Shown: positions 39,006-49,855, counted from the stretch's first letter. The stretch is 64,000 bases of DNA from an uncultured delta proteobacterium (GCA_963769935.1 CAVYNY010000020.1:256001-320000); one strand, 5' to 3'. A program made the numbers and translations. Notes: generated from the sequence alone by a model not told the origin.

Positions 39006-40004
39006 TCACCGATTCGCACTTATTTCTCGCAACCATATTGCAATCTCTGCGGTTTGATCGAAAGAAGTATGGGCCGGCTCGCTTTTTAACCAGGCACCGC
39101 TTGCATCCTGGATGCTTAGAAGGTAGGCGACAATGCTTTTTGAAAAATCAGTGTATTTGGCTTCCTTGGTAAGGCCGGCCACAATTGCAGCACCCCAGGC
39201 CACTTTATGGCTAAAGTGAAACGCGCGAATACTGTGATGGCAGCTCATTGCAAAATCAAGATACCTGATTGCCGTATCCAGGTTTTCCGAAGTGCCGCCG
39301 GCCATGTAAAGCTTGCCTAAAAACGCTATGGGATAGCCGATCATAAAATAGGCCTGATCGGGATCCAGGGAGCTCACTTTGTGAAAAAGCGCGGCATCCT
39401 TAGAATATTCGGTAACCAGCTGACCGCTGCCGTTCATACGAAGATAAAACCCGGAGCTTAACTCCGGCTGAATGGCAATAAATCTTTGCAGCAGGCTTCC
39501 GGCCCTTTGCGCTGTTTCGATTTCACCGAAATATAAAGATGTCAAACCCAAGTGCGCCGTGGTGAATGCATCAACGATATTGTTTGTGTTTGAATCTGCG
39601 TAGGGATGCCGAGTTGTAAACCCACCATTCTTAGGGTGATGGAATGATTTAAGATAGCGGTAGGCCGGATAAGCAATGTCAAAACATCCCATCTTTTGAG
39701 CGGCCAACGTGATCCAGCCGTTGGTATAGGGCCAGTACTCCCCAAAGGCTCCATTGGCGCTTTTTAGATCAACGGAAGTCCTAAAGTCGCCGTTGGCTTG
39801 CATAAATGTCTGTTGAATATGGGTTAAAACACGCTGAGCTTCCTCCATTCGGCCGGAAATATAAAAAAGATAGGGCGACTTGTAATAGCAGGCAAGATCA
39901 TTGACCTCAGAACCATATGAGCCGTCATCCCTGAGCTGTTGCAACAGCCAGTTGAGCGCTCTGTCTGCACTTTTCTTATAATTTCCGATTAACTGCGGAT
40001 TCAT
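39006..40004 (-). CDS. Hypothetical protein, probable (alpha/alpha)-toroid fold
   Basis: ALNWLLQQLRDDGSY and YLLSIQDASGAW resemble QW/prenyltransferase-type repeats; GGAGG RBS. Confidence 0.6.
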   Translation of the reverse strand: MNPQLIGNYKKSADRALNWLLQQLRDDGSYGSEVNDLACYYKSPYLFYISGRMEEAQRVLTHIQQTFMQANGDFRTSVDLKSANGAFGEYWPYTNGWITLAAQKMGCFDIAYPAYRYLKSFHHPKNGGFTTRHPYADSNTNNIVDAFTTAHLGLTSLYFGEIETAQRAGSLLQRFIAIQPELSSGFYLRMNGSGQLVTEYSKDAALFHKVSSLDPDQAYFMIGYPIAFLGKLYMAGGTSENLDTAIRYLDFAMSCHHSIRAFHFSHKVAWGAAIVAGLTKEAKYTDFSKSIVAYLLSIQDASGAWLKSEPAHTSFDQTAEIAIWLREISANR

Positions 40005-40014
40005 AGGACCTCCA

Positions 40015-40683
40015 CTAAATTTGGAACCGGGATAATACCGCTTCTTGAATGTCGGCATTGTTGTCTAAGATCGCTCGAATCCCGGCCAGGACACCTGCAG
40101 CGGATGTCTCAACGGACATGCTCGGCGCCCCGAGGTTTTCCTCCAGGGCTGCTGTGCTTGGAAGATAGGGAAGATGAATCCACCCTGCACGAACCTGCAG
40201 ACCCCTTGTGGCAATATGGTGCAGGATACCGTACATCAGATGGTTGCAGCAGAAAGTTCCCGGTGTATCGGAAATATCGGAAGGTATACCGGATTGCCGC
40301 ATGGCCTTTACCATGGCGCGAATCGGCAGGGTCGAATAGTAGGCGACAGGTCCGCCCGGAACCGTGGGCTGACCCTGAAGGGCTAATCCATCATTGTCGG
40401 CGAGTCGATAGCGGGTCGAATCGTTCAGGTTGTGGGCGATCCGTTCGACCGTTATAACTGCGCGCCCGCCGTACTCCCCCAGCATGACGACAACGCCCGG
40501 ATGGACTTTGTCGATTGCCGCCTGCACGACATCTATCGCTTTGAAAAAGACATTCGGAACTATTCGGCCGACAATCTTCGCGCGGTCGACGCCGGTACCG
40601 TCCAGGGCTCTGGCAACCTGCTCCGCCGGGTTTATCGGCGTGTGTCCGAAGGCCTCGAATCCCGTTAGCAGCACTGTAGTCAT
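40015..40683 (-). CDS. pcp: Pyroglutamyl-peptidase I
   Basis: LLTGFEAFG...NP, ITVERIA, STLP, GTFCCNHLMY, GWIHLP. Confidence 0.93.
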   Translation of the reverse strand: MTTVLLTGFEAFGHTPINPAEQVARALDGTGVDRAKIVGRIVPNVFFKAIDVVQAAIDKVHPGVVVMLGEYGGRAVITVERIAHNLNDSTRYRLADNDGLALQGQPTVPGGPVAYYSTLPIRAMVKAMRQSGIPSDISDTPGTFCCNHLMYGILHHIATRGLQVRAGWIHLPYLPSTAALEENLGAPSMSVETSAAGVLAGIRAILDNNADIQEAVLSRFQI

Positions 40684-40694
40684 TGTTCAATCCT

Positions 40695-41087
40695 TTATTT
40701 TCCCACCAGGCGACTAAGTTCCTCCATATCCAGCGTGCCGTCTTTGTCACTGTCGGCCGCGTCGAAGTCATTATTCAGGGCGTTGAGGTATTCTCGGAGG
40801 GACAAGGTCTGATCGCCGTTCCGGTCGGCCGCCTTAAAGCGCTCTGGGTTTATCGCGCCGGCCCCCTCGATTTCCGTTATCGTCAGGCTGCCGTCCTTGT
40901 CTGTGTCAATGAAGAAAAAAACTTCCGTCATCCGCTGGAGATACTCTTCGCGGTCAATGCGACCGTCGTGGTTTTTGTCCGATGTTGCCATTACTTCGGC
41001 CGCATCCATGTGGTAAATATCGGCACCGAAAGCCGCCGTTGATAGCACAGTCGATATGATTAAAAGCCATAAGGCTGCTTTTTTCAT
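40695..41087 (-). CDS. Secreted EF-hand calcium-binding protein
   Basis: Signal peptide MKKAALW...AFG; four DxD/NxDG loops. Confidence 0.85.
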   Translation of the reverse strand: MKKAALWLLIISTVLSTAAFGADIYHMDAAEVMATSDKNHDGRIDREEYLQRMTEVFFFIDTDKDGSLTITEIEGAGAINPERFKAADRNGDQTLSLREYLNALNNDFDAADSDKDGTLDMEELSRLVGK

Positions 41088-41189
41088 CGAATCGTCTCCT
41101 TTACTGGTACTGAAGTAAATGTATGATGTGAGGACCCTCCAATTCACCGCCGCAATTATAACCATGGCCGTGAATTTCCGGCAGGTACG

Positions 41190-41702
41190 TTACTTCTCAA
41201 TCTTCCAGCTGCCGTCCGGCTGGCGACAGGCCGTACCGTAGGCCTGCTGCTCCTGGCCGCTGATAGTTACGGTTTGCCGGTACTCCCGGCAATACTGGCC
41301 GCTGCTTTTCTCGAAGGTGCGAACCGGTGTGACCGTGCCGGAATGACCGCTGTCCGGGTTGTGCCAGGCGACGGCGGTGCCCGATGGTGTTTTTTCCAAA
41401 GCTTGCTGGGAGGCCTTTTGGGCTTCGCGGCGGTCGGCCGCGTCCATCCTGTCGCCGATGGCCCCGCCGATCAGGCCCCCTGCCAGGATGCCACCGACAA
41501 TACCCGCCGTGCCGCCGTGAAGTGCAGCGGCAATCAGGCCGCCGGCAGCGGCCCCGCCCAATCCCCCGATAAGTGTCTTTTTATTCTGCTCGATCCCACC
41601 GCTTTCCGGGCTGCTGGCACAGCCGCTCATTATTAAAGCGAAAAGTATCATTATCACAATGCCCGTTGTAAATGACAACGGTCTGTCGGATGTATTGATC
41701 AT
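41190..41702 (-). CDS. Glycine-zipper lipoprotein, Rickettsia 17-kDa antigen-like
   Basis: Lipobox MSGC, glycine zipper, WHNPDSG, CREY, GTACRQPDGSW. Confidence 0.88.
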   Translation of the reverse strand: MINTSDRPLSFTTGIVIMILFALIMSGCASSPESGGIEQNKKTLIGGLGGAAAGGLIAAALHGGTAGIVGGILAGGLIGGAIGDRMDAADRREAQKASQQALEKTPSGTAVAWHNPDSGHSGTVTPVRTFEKSSGQYCREYRQTVTISGQEQQAYGTACRQPDGSWKIEK

Positions 41703-41800
41703 GGATAGAGTTCTCCTTTCTGCCGAGTTGGTATCTTTGGCAACAGCAAAAACGTCCTTCTTAGCCGGTGGCTTTAGTAAGATCGGCAGCCTCGGCCGCC

Positions 41801-42110
41801 TCACCCGCAGTACCGTGCACCGGCAGCAGCAACTTGTCTTTTTTTAAGAAAATACATGAGCCAGATTCCGAGTCCGATCAGAAAAACCAGTGCCATCATC
41901 CAGACTTCGTATTTTTTGGCATCGTCTAAAAATACTTCTACGCTCCGGCCGAAGAGATATCCGAGAGAACCGACGGCAACGGCCCAGGCTCCGGCACCGA
42001 TGAAATTCCAGATGATGAACCGGCCCGGGTTAAGCCCGCTGGCACCAATGATAAACGGCGTGACGGTTCTGATCCCGTAAAGGAACCGAAACCCGACAAT
42101 CACCGGAATC
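41801..42110 (-). pseudogene. C-terminal fragment of DedA family protein
   Basis: GFRFLYGIRTVTPFIIG...NFIGAGAWA...GYLFG; N-terminal half absent. Confidence 0.78.
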
Positions 42111-42802
42111 TGAACGTATTCAACATGTATTCAAGTGTCATTTGGCTCTCGTCCGCTTCAATCCTGCGGTCCGCCGCCGCCTTTCATTCCAGTAGTCGTT
42201 GGCATGAGTCGATCCCTTCACGTAGTTGCGGACGACCGCGAAATCCCGGCCAATCGCCTCCTTCAACCAGGAATCAATGAACCTATTTTTACTACTATAT
42301 GAAAAAGTTTGCTCTGGCAGGGCAGATTAGTATGAGGAGTCAAGAACCTGCATCTTGCGATCTGATGTTAAATGGACAATGGGCTAGTGAATCAAAATAT
42401 GAGAGTGTCCTTTTCTTCAGAGCAGGTTCAGACTCTGAAAAGCTCGGTAAGCTTCATAATACCACAATGTTCCTAATCCTCTACTTTGTGACCTTAATCA
42501 GCAAATAAAACATGTCAAGCATCGCGGGAGAGAAAAATATCCGATTTTAAAGATTAATTTTGACAATGTCGGATATGGTGATTATTTTAAAGGTCAATGA
42601 AATATTTCCAACGTGTATGTCTGTAAAGAACTTTGTTGGAATTAGATTTAATTCAGCAATTCATTTGCCTCTCGCCTGTCTTAGATTTCATTCCGATAAT
42701 ATCCCCATAGCGCTTGCACCGGAAAAAGCAGCATTTTCATTCGGCATGCAGTAACCAAAACGGCATCGGTATTGAACAGTTTGCCGATGCAGGGAGGGTA
42801 TT

Positions 42803-43141
42803 ATGCTTCAAAGATACGACCTCGCCAGGAATGACCAGAAAAATCGTCTTTCAATCAAGGAATTTGCTGTTATAGAGGCAAAATCACGTAAACATGATAA
42901 CTGCCAACCTATTGACAAGGATTATTCTCTTCTCCACGAGGTCTCGTACGATGGAGATATAATTCGGGCCGCTATTAAAGATGGGCAGGAGGCATTAATT
43001 TCAGAACTTCGGTCCGGTGATTTTTTTCCCATCTATCCGTGCGTAAAAATTATCGCCAAAAGTGTAACTGCTTTATTTAATGGCAACGCAGAACCGGCTT
43101 TTGAAGTTTATTTTGACGATCGAGCCGGTCTTTCCAATTAA
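42803..43141 (+). CDS. Hypothetical protein
   Basis: 112-aa ORF with GGGAGG RBS. Confidence 0.6.
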   Translation: MLQRYDLARNDQKNRLSIKEFAVIEAKSRKHDNCQPIDKDYSLLHEVSYDGDIIRAAIKDGQEALISELRSGDFFPIYPCVKIIAKSVTALFNGNAEPAFEVYFDDRAGLSN

Positions 43142-43314
43142 AAAGAGCAATATTTCGCTTGCTATACGCTTGAAAAAAGATTATGTTCGACCCAATCAAT
43201 TAAGTTCCGCCTTGTAAACTCGGGACGGTTTCTTTCTGAAGGATCAATCCATTTGTCTAAGTAGCATCCTCCAGTTTGCAACGTTGAAATTTTTTAAGAA
43301 AGGAGAATGTTATT

Positions 43315-43515
43315 ATGACTAATGGAACTGTGAAGTGGTTTAGTGACCGCAAAGGTTTCGGATTCATTGAACGCGAAGACGGGCCGGATGTGTTCGTTCA
43401 TCACTCAGCAATCAACGCGACCGGTTTTAAATCCCTCAATGAGGGCGACCAGGTTTCTTTTGACATCGTGCAGGGACAAAAAGGTCCTGCCGCTGCAAAT
43501 GTCTCGGTGATTTAA
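43315..43515 (+). CDS. cspA: Cold-shock protein
   Basis: [36 protein letters not shown]. Confidence 0.95.
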   Translation: MTNGTVKWFSDRKGFGFIEREDGPDVFVHHSAINATGFKSLNEGDQVSFDIVQGQKGPAAANVSVI

Positions 43516-43530
43516 CCTTCGAATCCAAGT

Positions 43531-43574
43531 AAAAAGGGCATTCTTCCATTAGAGGGGGGATGCCCTTTTCTTTT
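43531..43574 (+). terminator. Rho-independent terminator after csp
   Basis: AAAAGGGCATTCTTC...GGGGGATGCCCTTTTCTTTT. Confidence 0.75.
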
Positions 43575-43611
43575 GATCAGTATCAAGAATAACGGCCTTT
43601 GAGGTGACAAT

Positions 43612-43770
43612 ATGGCGAAACAGAACTATTCAGGCAATAAGCGTAAGAAAGAATTGGCAAGGAAGCAAAAACAAGAGCAAAAAAGACAACGCAAATTAGA
43701 TAAGGATTCAGTAAAGCCGGAAGAGGCGTTAACAAAGTCTCAGGATAAGGACAAAAATCCGCTGATATAA
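43612..43770 (+). CDS. Unannotated 52-aa lysine/arginine-rich small protein
   Basis: GAGGTG RBS; MAKQNYSGNKRKKELARKQKQEQKRQRKLDK...NPLI-TAA. Confidence 0.65.
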   Translation: MAKQNYSGNKRKKELARKQKQEQKRQRKLDKDSVKPEEALTKSQDKDKNPLI

Positions 43771-44124
43771 GAACGTGAATTTACTTTTGCCCTATCCATA
43801 GGGGAGATGATGTTTCATGCTTTACTGGAAAGGCTTGTTGCCAATCTGATCCGGCGTCATTAATCTCTTGGCAAATCAAGAAACCTGTCATATTACCACT
43901 CCTTTAATCCTGAGACCGGCAGAACCTTGCAATAGACGCCAAAGAGGACCGGCGTGAGCCGGCCGTCGCCGTTTAAATTTAAAACATTATAACATGCCGA
44001 ATATACGTATTATTTTGTTTATGTACCGGCATGAAGTCCGCAATATGTTTCATTTTTAAACCGCCTTGTCGCCTTCCGTGCCGGCAATATCATACAACCT
44101 ATTGTTTTTTTTACCTAAATAGCA

Positions 44125-44142
44125 TTGGCATTTTTTTTGCTT
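44125..44142 (+). promoter_or_regulatory. sigma54 (-24/-12) promoter
   Basis: TTGGCATTTTTTTTGCTT: GG and GC separated by exactly 10 nt; NtrC-type activator encoded at 49856-51205. Confidence 0.75.
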
Positions 44143-44176
44143 TGAGGAAAAATGATAAAAATCCTCAAACATTGGA

Positions 44177-45112
44177 GTGACTATGCCTTGGTACATCTAT
44201 CTTCCGATTGCGCAGCACAGTGTCGCCCTGCCGGTGGTGGTCGGGCTTGGTTTTGTGGTAGGTCTGCTGTCCGGCCTTTTCGGTGTCGGCGGCGGTTTTC
44301 TGATGACCCCCCTGCTTATTATGATCGGCATTCCGCCGACTGTCGCCGCGGCCTCTGATTCAAACCAGATTGTGGCAGCTTCAGCTTCCGGCACCTATGC
44401 GCACTACCGGCTGGGCAACGTTGATTTCAAGATGGGGATCTACTTGCTGATCGGCGGTGTTATCGGCGGAACCGGAGGCGTTCAGATCATCCGGGTTCTG
44501 CGCCAGATGGGCAATGCCGATTTTTTAATCAATATCACCTATGTGATTATGTTGGGTTTCGTGGGCGGCTACATGTTCCTTGAAAGCCTTCAGGGGCTGC
44601 GGGCCGGAAAATCCATGGGTGGACCGGTCCCGCAAAACCGGAGTTCCGCTTATTCGCGGTTTATCCAATCACTGCCTTATCAGACCCGCTTTGATAAATC
44701 CGGCATCGTGTTGTCGCCTGTCGTCCCCTTGCTTTTGGGAGGTTTGGTTGGTATTCTGGCTGCCATCATGGGGGTTGGCGGCGGATTTATCATGGTTCCG
44801 GTCATGGTTTATCTGCTGCGGATGCCGATGCATGTGGTGGTGGGCACGAGCCTTTTTCAGGTCCTGTTCACATGTATCGACGTCACCATCATGCAGGCCT
44901 ATTCAAACCGAACCGTCGATTTCGTTCTGGCGCTGCTCCTGCTGATTGGATCGACTTTCGGCGCCCAGATCGGTGCGCGTCTGAGCACCAGGCTCAAAGA
45001 AGACCAGTTGAAGATATTTCTGGCGGTTCTGGTGCTGGCCGTGATGGTTAAAATGCTGTTCAGCCTTATCCTTCCACCCCATAACCTGTTATCCTACCAC
45101 GGAGGCCACTGA
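44177..45112 (+). CDS. TauE/SafE (TSUP) family transporter
   Basis: Two GLFGVGGGF/AIMGVGGGF repeats, VGTSLFQ. Confidence 0.9.
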   Translation: MTMPWYIYLPIAQHSVALPVVVGLGFVVGLLSGLFGVGGGFLMTPLLIMIGIPPTVAAASDSNQIVAASASGTYAHYRLGNVDFKMGIYLLIGGVIGGTGGVQIIRVLRQMGNADFLINITYVIMLGFVGGYMFLESLQGLRAGKSMGGPVPQNRSSAYSRFIQSLPYQTRFDKSGIVLSPVVPLLLGGLVGILAAIMGVGGGFIMVPVMVYLLRMPMHVVVGTSLFQVLFTCIDVTIMQAYSNRTVDFVLALLLLIGSTFGAQIGARLSTRLKEDQLKIFLAVLVLAVMVKMLFSLILPPHNLLSYHGGH

Positions 45113-45116
45113 TTTC

Positions 45117-45881
45117 ATGCGACACAGACTTTTTATGCTGCTTTTGGTTTGTTCCGGTTTCATGGCTTTGCTGGCGGAAACAGCCTGGACCGCGGACTCG
45201 AATGAATTGACAATCCAACCCGAGGTTTTGAATATTGGCACTTTTTATTCATCCGGCCAAGTCACGATATCCGGTGAAGTGGCCGGTGGGCAGGATGTCA
45301 TGGTCGAAATTGTCGGACCGACCTCCAACGGACAATTTGATCTCAAAGGGCGGGTGGGACCCTTCTGGATGACGCGCGGCAAGGCCGAGATGGACGGCGC
45401 GCCGGCCATGTATGTACTTTTATTGCCCGGCGGCCAAGACTGGCCTGGGAAAGCCTCGGCTCTGGGTTTGGGCCTTGATAAGCTGAGGAACAAGATTTCA
45501 ATCCAATCCGCGGTGCTGCCGCCGGACGAACTCTTCAACATGTTCATTGAACTGAAAAAAAACGAAGGGCTTTATGCCGAGCAGGACAACGCCGTTGCCT
45601 ATGCTCCCGCCGATGACGGGCGCATACGGTTTACGGCAATCTACCGTTTTCCCCGCTCCACGGTGACCGGAAAATACCAAATCAAAGCAACCGCAGTAGC
45701 AAACGGTGCAAAAGTCATGGAGCTATCGCACGGCTTTCTTGTCAATCAGGTCGGATTTACCCGGCTGGTCTATGATCTGGCCACGAATCAGCGGTTGACA
45801 TACGGTATTTTGGCCGTCGTCATCGCGCTGTTCACCGGCGCCGTAATGGGCTTGCTTTTTAAAAGCAGAGGTGGTCATTGA
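45117..45881 (+). CDS. TIGR02186-like exported protein with C-terminal TM anchor
   Basis: Signal peptide, KGRVGPFWM motif, YGILAVVIALFTG anchor; typical partner of this TauE subfamily. Confidence 0.75.
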   Translation: MRHRLFMLLLVCSGFMALLAETAWTADSNELTIQPEVLNIGTFYSSGQVTISGEVAGGQDVMVEIVGPTSNGQFDLKGRVGPFWMTRGKAEMDGAPAMYVLLLPGGQDWPGKASALGLGLDKLRNKISIQSAVLPPDELFNMFIELKKNEGLYAEQDNAVAYAPADDGRIRFTAIYRFPRSTVTGKYQIKATAVANGAKVMELSHGFLVNQVGFTRLVYDLATNQRLTYGILAVVIALFTGAVMGLLFKSRGGH

Positions 45882-48463
45882 TGGTCTGGACAGGCAACAT
45901 AGCCAGATTCCTCAGGATCGGAGGCCGGCAGCGCAAGTCTGCGTCGCTGCCCTTTAACGATTTGTTTGTCCGTTTTCACCAGATCCTGGAGGAAAATACA
46001 AAGGCCCTGGAAATCATAACGGAAATGGAAGACAAGCTGGGCGGGGAATATGTCTTTGATCGCAAATTCTTGGAAGATACGGTACAGGACATCAAAGCGG
46101 TGATCCTGCGCAGTGCTTATCACTTCAACACGATAACCAACAACAGATATTCGGATATCTACCTGGTTGTCGAGTCTCTGACCCAGCAATTGCAGCAGGA
46201 ACTAAGCGGCCGGCTTGTATTCCCACACGGGCAAAATGTCGTCGCCCTGACCAATATCAATGACACCCTGGCCGACGCAGCGGGCAACAAGGCCTATAAG
46301 CTTTCCAAGATTATCCAATTGCCCCAAACCGCGGTTCCGCCGGGAATAGTCGTCACGGTTATGGGGTTTCGCAACTATCTGGCGTACAACAACCTGTTTG
46401 ACGAGATAACACGTCTGCTGGCCTCCTGCCGGCGAGGGGGACGCGAACTGGAGCCGATTTCCCAAAAAATCCGTCTGCTGATTCTAGGGGGCGAAATTCC
46501 TCCCGATCTGCGCCAGGAAATACTGAAGGCCGTTGTGCTGATCCGGCCCGACCGTCCGGAGTCCGGTCTTTATTCCGTTCGCAGCAGTGCGGTGGGGGAA
46601 GACGGCCAACTGAGTTTTGCCGGTTTGCACGATACATTACTAAACGTTGCTTTTCGCGATTTGCTGTCGGGTTACAAAAAGGTCCTGGCGAGTTTGTATA
46701 ATCCGGCTGCGCTTGAATACAGGATCAGTCGCCAGATCCCCTTCTCGGATATGGCCATGGCCGTGCTGTATCAGGAGATGGTGCCCGGCCGCGTGAGCGG
46801 TGTGACCTATAGCATTGATCCGAATGCGCCGCATGAGAACGTTTGTTTGGTTACGGCAATCCGGGGATTGGGCACAGGGGTGGTGGAGGGCAGCGCCGCG
46901 GCTGAGACCTTTCGACTCGCCCGCGATCCGCCCTATCCGATCTTATCGTCCCGCATCGGCGGCCGCGAATTTTTTCCCGCGCAACAGTCCCCAACGAATG
47001 CTGCCGACAGTCCGAGCGAGGAGGCGCCCCGACCCTGCCTGACGCCTGAACAGGCGTCGTCGCTGGTAGAGACCGCCATGATTCTTGAGCGGTTTTTCAA
47101 ACATCCCCTCGACATTGAATGGAGCATCGATGAGGAGGGACGAATGTGGATTCTGCAAGCCCGGCCGCTGGGTTTGGCCCGCGTCAGCCGGCCGCGCAGC
47201 CTTGAACTAAAGAACCTTCTGCATCACTATCCCGTGGTCATCAAGGACCTGGGAACCATCGCCTACCGGGGCATCGGCGCCGGACCAGTATGGTTGGCCA
47301 GGGAAGGGGCGGATCTCGACGATTTTCCAACCGGTGCAGTTCTGGTTTCCCGCTACAGCCTGCCGGTGCTGGCGCGCGTCATTCCCCGGGCCAGCGCCGT
47401 CGTTACCGATGTGGGCAGTCCCACCGGTCATATGGCCACGGTTGCCCGGGAATTCAGGATCCCGACGATTGTGGACACCGGTTCGGCCACCGAAATTCTG
47501 AAATCCGGTCAGTTGGTGACTGTGGATGCTGAACGGAACGTGGTGTATGAGGGGCGGATCAAAGAACTTCTCCATCACCAATTGCTGGAGCGCGCCTCCT
47601 TTGAAACGACGTATGAATTCCAGCTTCTGCGTCGGATGCTCAAGCGCATTGCGCCGTTGACGCTGGTTGATCCCGAGGACTCCAACTTTACGCCGGCCGG
47701 CTGCCGGACGCTTCACGATGTGCTGCGGTTTATCCATGAAAAATCCATCAAGGCCCTGGTTCGAATCGCTGAGGACCCCCGGTCGTTGCTAAAGCACGGC
47801 GGCCGACGTCTGAAAGCAAATCTGCCGCTCAACCTAATTCTGATAGACATCGGCGGCGGATTGGAAGAAAACCTGGGCAAGACCAATTGGGTAGAGCCGC
47901 ATCACATCAAATCTGAGCCCATGCGGGCCCTTTGGGCCGGCATGGATTCACCGGATGTCTGGAATACTGATCCGATCGCAGCGGATTTCAAAGGACTGAT
48001 TTCCAGCGTGACGCGAACGCAGGCCATGGCGCATGCGGGAGATATTTTAACCGGTTTGAACCTTGCGGTTTTGAGTGCGAATTATCTGAATTTGACTTTG
48101 CGCGTAGGATACCATTTTACGGTGGTCGATGCCGGCCTTTGGCCGTCCTCTGAAAAAAACAGCATTTTTTTTCGCTTTATCGGCGGAGCAACAGACATCA
48201 CCCGGCGCTCCCGACGGGCCGTACTGCTGGGGTCCATTCTTGAGGAGGTCGGTTTCAAAGTTGACCAGAAGGGGGATCTCGTTATTGCCCGCGCAGTCAA
48301 CTGCACAGAGGAACGTACGCGTGCCCACCTTTATATCATCGGCCGGTTGATCGGCTTTTTGCGGCAGCTTGATATCCTGATGAGGGACGACGCGGCCGTT
48401 GACCATTATTTCAAACGCTTTATGGTCGATCACAGGAACGCTTTTCAGGGTGAAAATAATTAA
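45878..48463 (+). CDS. PEP synthase/PPDK-like protein (ATP-grasp + phospho-His domain, no pyruvate-binding barrel)
   Basis: GNKA, VRSSAVGED...SFAG, DIEW, ILQARP, GSPTGHMATVARE; distinct C-terminal domain (LHDVLRFIHE, RVGYHF). Confidence 0.85.
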   Translation: MMVWTGNIARFLRIGGRQRKSASLPFNDLFVRFHQILEENTKALEIITEMEDKLGGEYVFDRKFLEDTVQDIKAVILRSAYHFNTITNNRYSDIYLVVESLTQQLQQELSGRLVFPHGQNVVALTNINDTLADAAGNKAYKLSKIIQLPQTAVPPGIVVTVMGFRNYLAYNNLFDEITRLLASCRRGGRELEPISQKIRLLILGGEIPPDLRQEILKAVVLIRPDRPESGLYSVRSSAVGEDGQLSFAGLHDTLLNVAFRDLLSGYKKVLASLYNPAALEYRISRQIPFSDMAMAVLYQEMVPGRVSGVTYSIDPNAPHENVCLVTAIRGLGTGVVEGSAAAETFRLARDPPYPILSSRIGGREFFPAQQSPTNAADSPSEEAPRPCLTPEQASSLVETAMILERFFKHPLDIEWSIDEEGRMWILQARPLGLARVSRPRSLELKNLLHHYPVVIKDLGTIAYRGIGAGPVWLAREGADLDDFPTGAVLVSRYSLPVLARVIPRASAVVTDVGSPTGHMATVAREFRIPTIVDTGSATEILKSGQLVTVDAERNVVYEGRIKELLHHQLLERASFETTYEFQLLRRMLKRIAPLTLVDPEDSNFTPAGCRTLHDVLRFIHEKSIKALVRIAEDPRSLLKHGGRRLKANLPLNLILIDIGGGLEENLGKTNWVEPHHIKSEPMRALWAGMDSPDVWNTDPIAADFKGLISSVTRTQAMAHAGDILTGLNLAVLSANYLNLTLRVGYHFTVVDAGLWPSSEKNSIFFRFIGGATDITRRSRRAVLLGSILEEVGFKVDQKGDLVIARAVNCTEERTRAHLYIIGRLIGFLRQLDILMRDDAAVDHYFKRFMVDHRNAFQGENN

Positions 48464-48475
48464 AGGAGTGACAAA

Positions 48476-48892
48476 ATGGCGATTAAATCAACAATATGCA
48501 TCCTTGATGACGAACCGATCGTCGGTGATCGTCTCAAACCGGAAATGGAAGATGACGGCTACGAGGTCGAAGTCTTCACCAACAGTGACAGCGCGATTAA
48601 ACGGTTGGAGGAGCGGTGTTTCGATATTTTCATCACGGATCTGAAAATGGAAGGGGTGGATGGGATGGGGTTCCTGGAAAAGGTTAAAGAATTCTGTCCC
48701 GAAAGTGAAGTGATTATCATCACGGGTTATGCCACGATTGAAACGGCCCGGGAATCCTTTGTCCGTGGGGCGTATGACTTTATTGCGAAACCGTTTCGCA
48801 TCAGCGAAATCAGGGAAGCCGTCAAAAAAGCCCGGCGCCGTGATCGCAAGAATCACACGGATGCCGGGAAAAGGAGCAATAAGCATGCTTAA
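48476..48892 (+). CDS. Single-domain response regulator
   Basis: LDDE, ITDLKM, ITGY, KP. Confidence 0.9.
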   Translation: MAIKSTICILDDEPIVGDRLKPEMEDDGYEVEVFTNSDSAIKRLEERCFDIFITDLKMEGVDGMGFLEKVKEFCPESEVIIITGYATIETARESFVRGAYDFIAKPFRISEIREAVKKARRRDRKNHTDAGKRSNKHA

Positions 48893-49682
48893 TCTTCTTG
48901 TAGCTATCGATCGCAGCCTGGAAGCAAGCTTTGCCCTCAGGACGGCGTGTCTGTTCGGAACGGACCTTAATATCCAGCCGATCTATGTCTTTGATCCGCC
49001 GGGTCGCGATCTTGCGTTCGGTGCCGGATGGGCTCGTAAATCCTGGGAACGCGAAACCAGCCGTCAGGCGGAAGAAAATATCGAAGATCTTCTCCAGGCC
49101 GAACGGGGCCAGTGCCCCAACATCCATGACCCGGTGGTTCTGACCGGTGATCCCATCCAGGAGCCGGCCGAATATTTCTGGTCCGGCAATTTCGATTTGC
49201 TGGCTGTGGGCGCACCTTTCAGGGGTATGGCGCTGCTGGCCCTGTGCCGGCGCTTCAGTCATGTAGCCCGCAAAGAACACCGCACGCTGCCCCTGATGGT
49301 GGTCCGGCATCTTAAAAGTATAGAAAAAATCATCGCTCTCACCGACGGCAGTGACCTTGCGGAGAACACCCTGGGTCTGCTGCTCAAAATTAACTCCTTT
49401 ATAACCGGTAAAATTACCCTGGTGGGTACTACCGGAGCCAAAACGGGAGATTCTGCGACAGAGGCTCTGAACCTTGAGAGAGGACTGGCTATTTTGAATG
49501 AAAAGGGGATCCAGGCAACCGGCCATAGCGCCTCGGCGTTGGGGGCCGAACGCCTGACCGCCATGTTGAAATCGGCCGATCTGCTGGTTAATCCGGTTCA
49601 CCGAAAAGACCCGCTTCATTTTTCGCATGAATTGAATGAAGATGAAATTCAGGCCGTTCTGCTGTATCTGAACGGGCGTTAA
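48885..49682 (+). CDS. Universal stress protein-like (tandem USP domains)
   Basis: LLVAIDRSLEA and IIALTDGSDLA strand-1 motifs; AAGGAG RBS. Confidence 0.7.
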   Translation: MLNLLVAIDRSLEASFALRTACLFGTDLNIQPIYVFDPPGRDLAFGAGWARKSWERETSRQAEENIEDLLQAERGQCPNIHDPVVLTGDPIQEPAEYFWSGNFDLLAVGAPFRGMALLALCRRFSHVARKEHRTLPLMVVRHLKSIEKIIALTDGSDLAENTLGLLLKINSFITGKITLVGTTGAKTGDSATEALNLERGLAILNEKGIQATGHSASALGAERLTAMLKSADLLVNPVHRKDPLHFSHELNEDEIQAVLLYLNGR

Positions 49683-49855
49683 CCGTCCAACATTGAAAAC
49701 CCGGTCCTCCCTCCGGGCTGTAGGCCTACGGGCAGGAAGCCGGGCCAGGTCTGAGGAGATTGGCTGTGCCGTGGATGAATGCCATGGTTTCTCTGATTGC
49801 CGGCACCACCCTTCTGAGGTGAAGTCAAAGCCCGACACTCTGGGGGGAGGATCCT

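Noticed and set aside
42110..42290. Transposase fragment truncating dedA
   Set aside because: GC-rich coding-like fragment, but no recognisable transposase motif or terminal repeats
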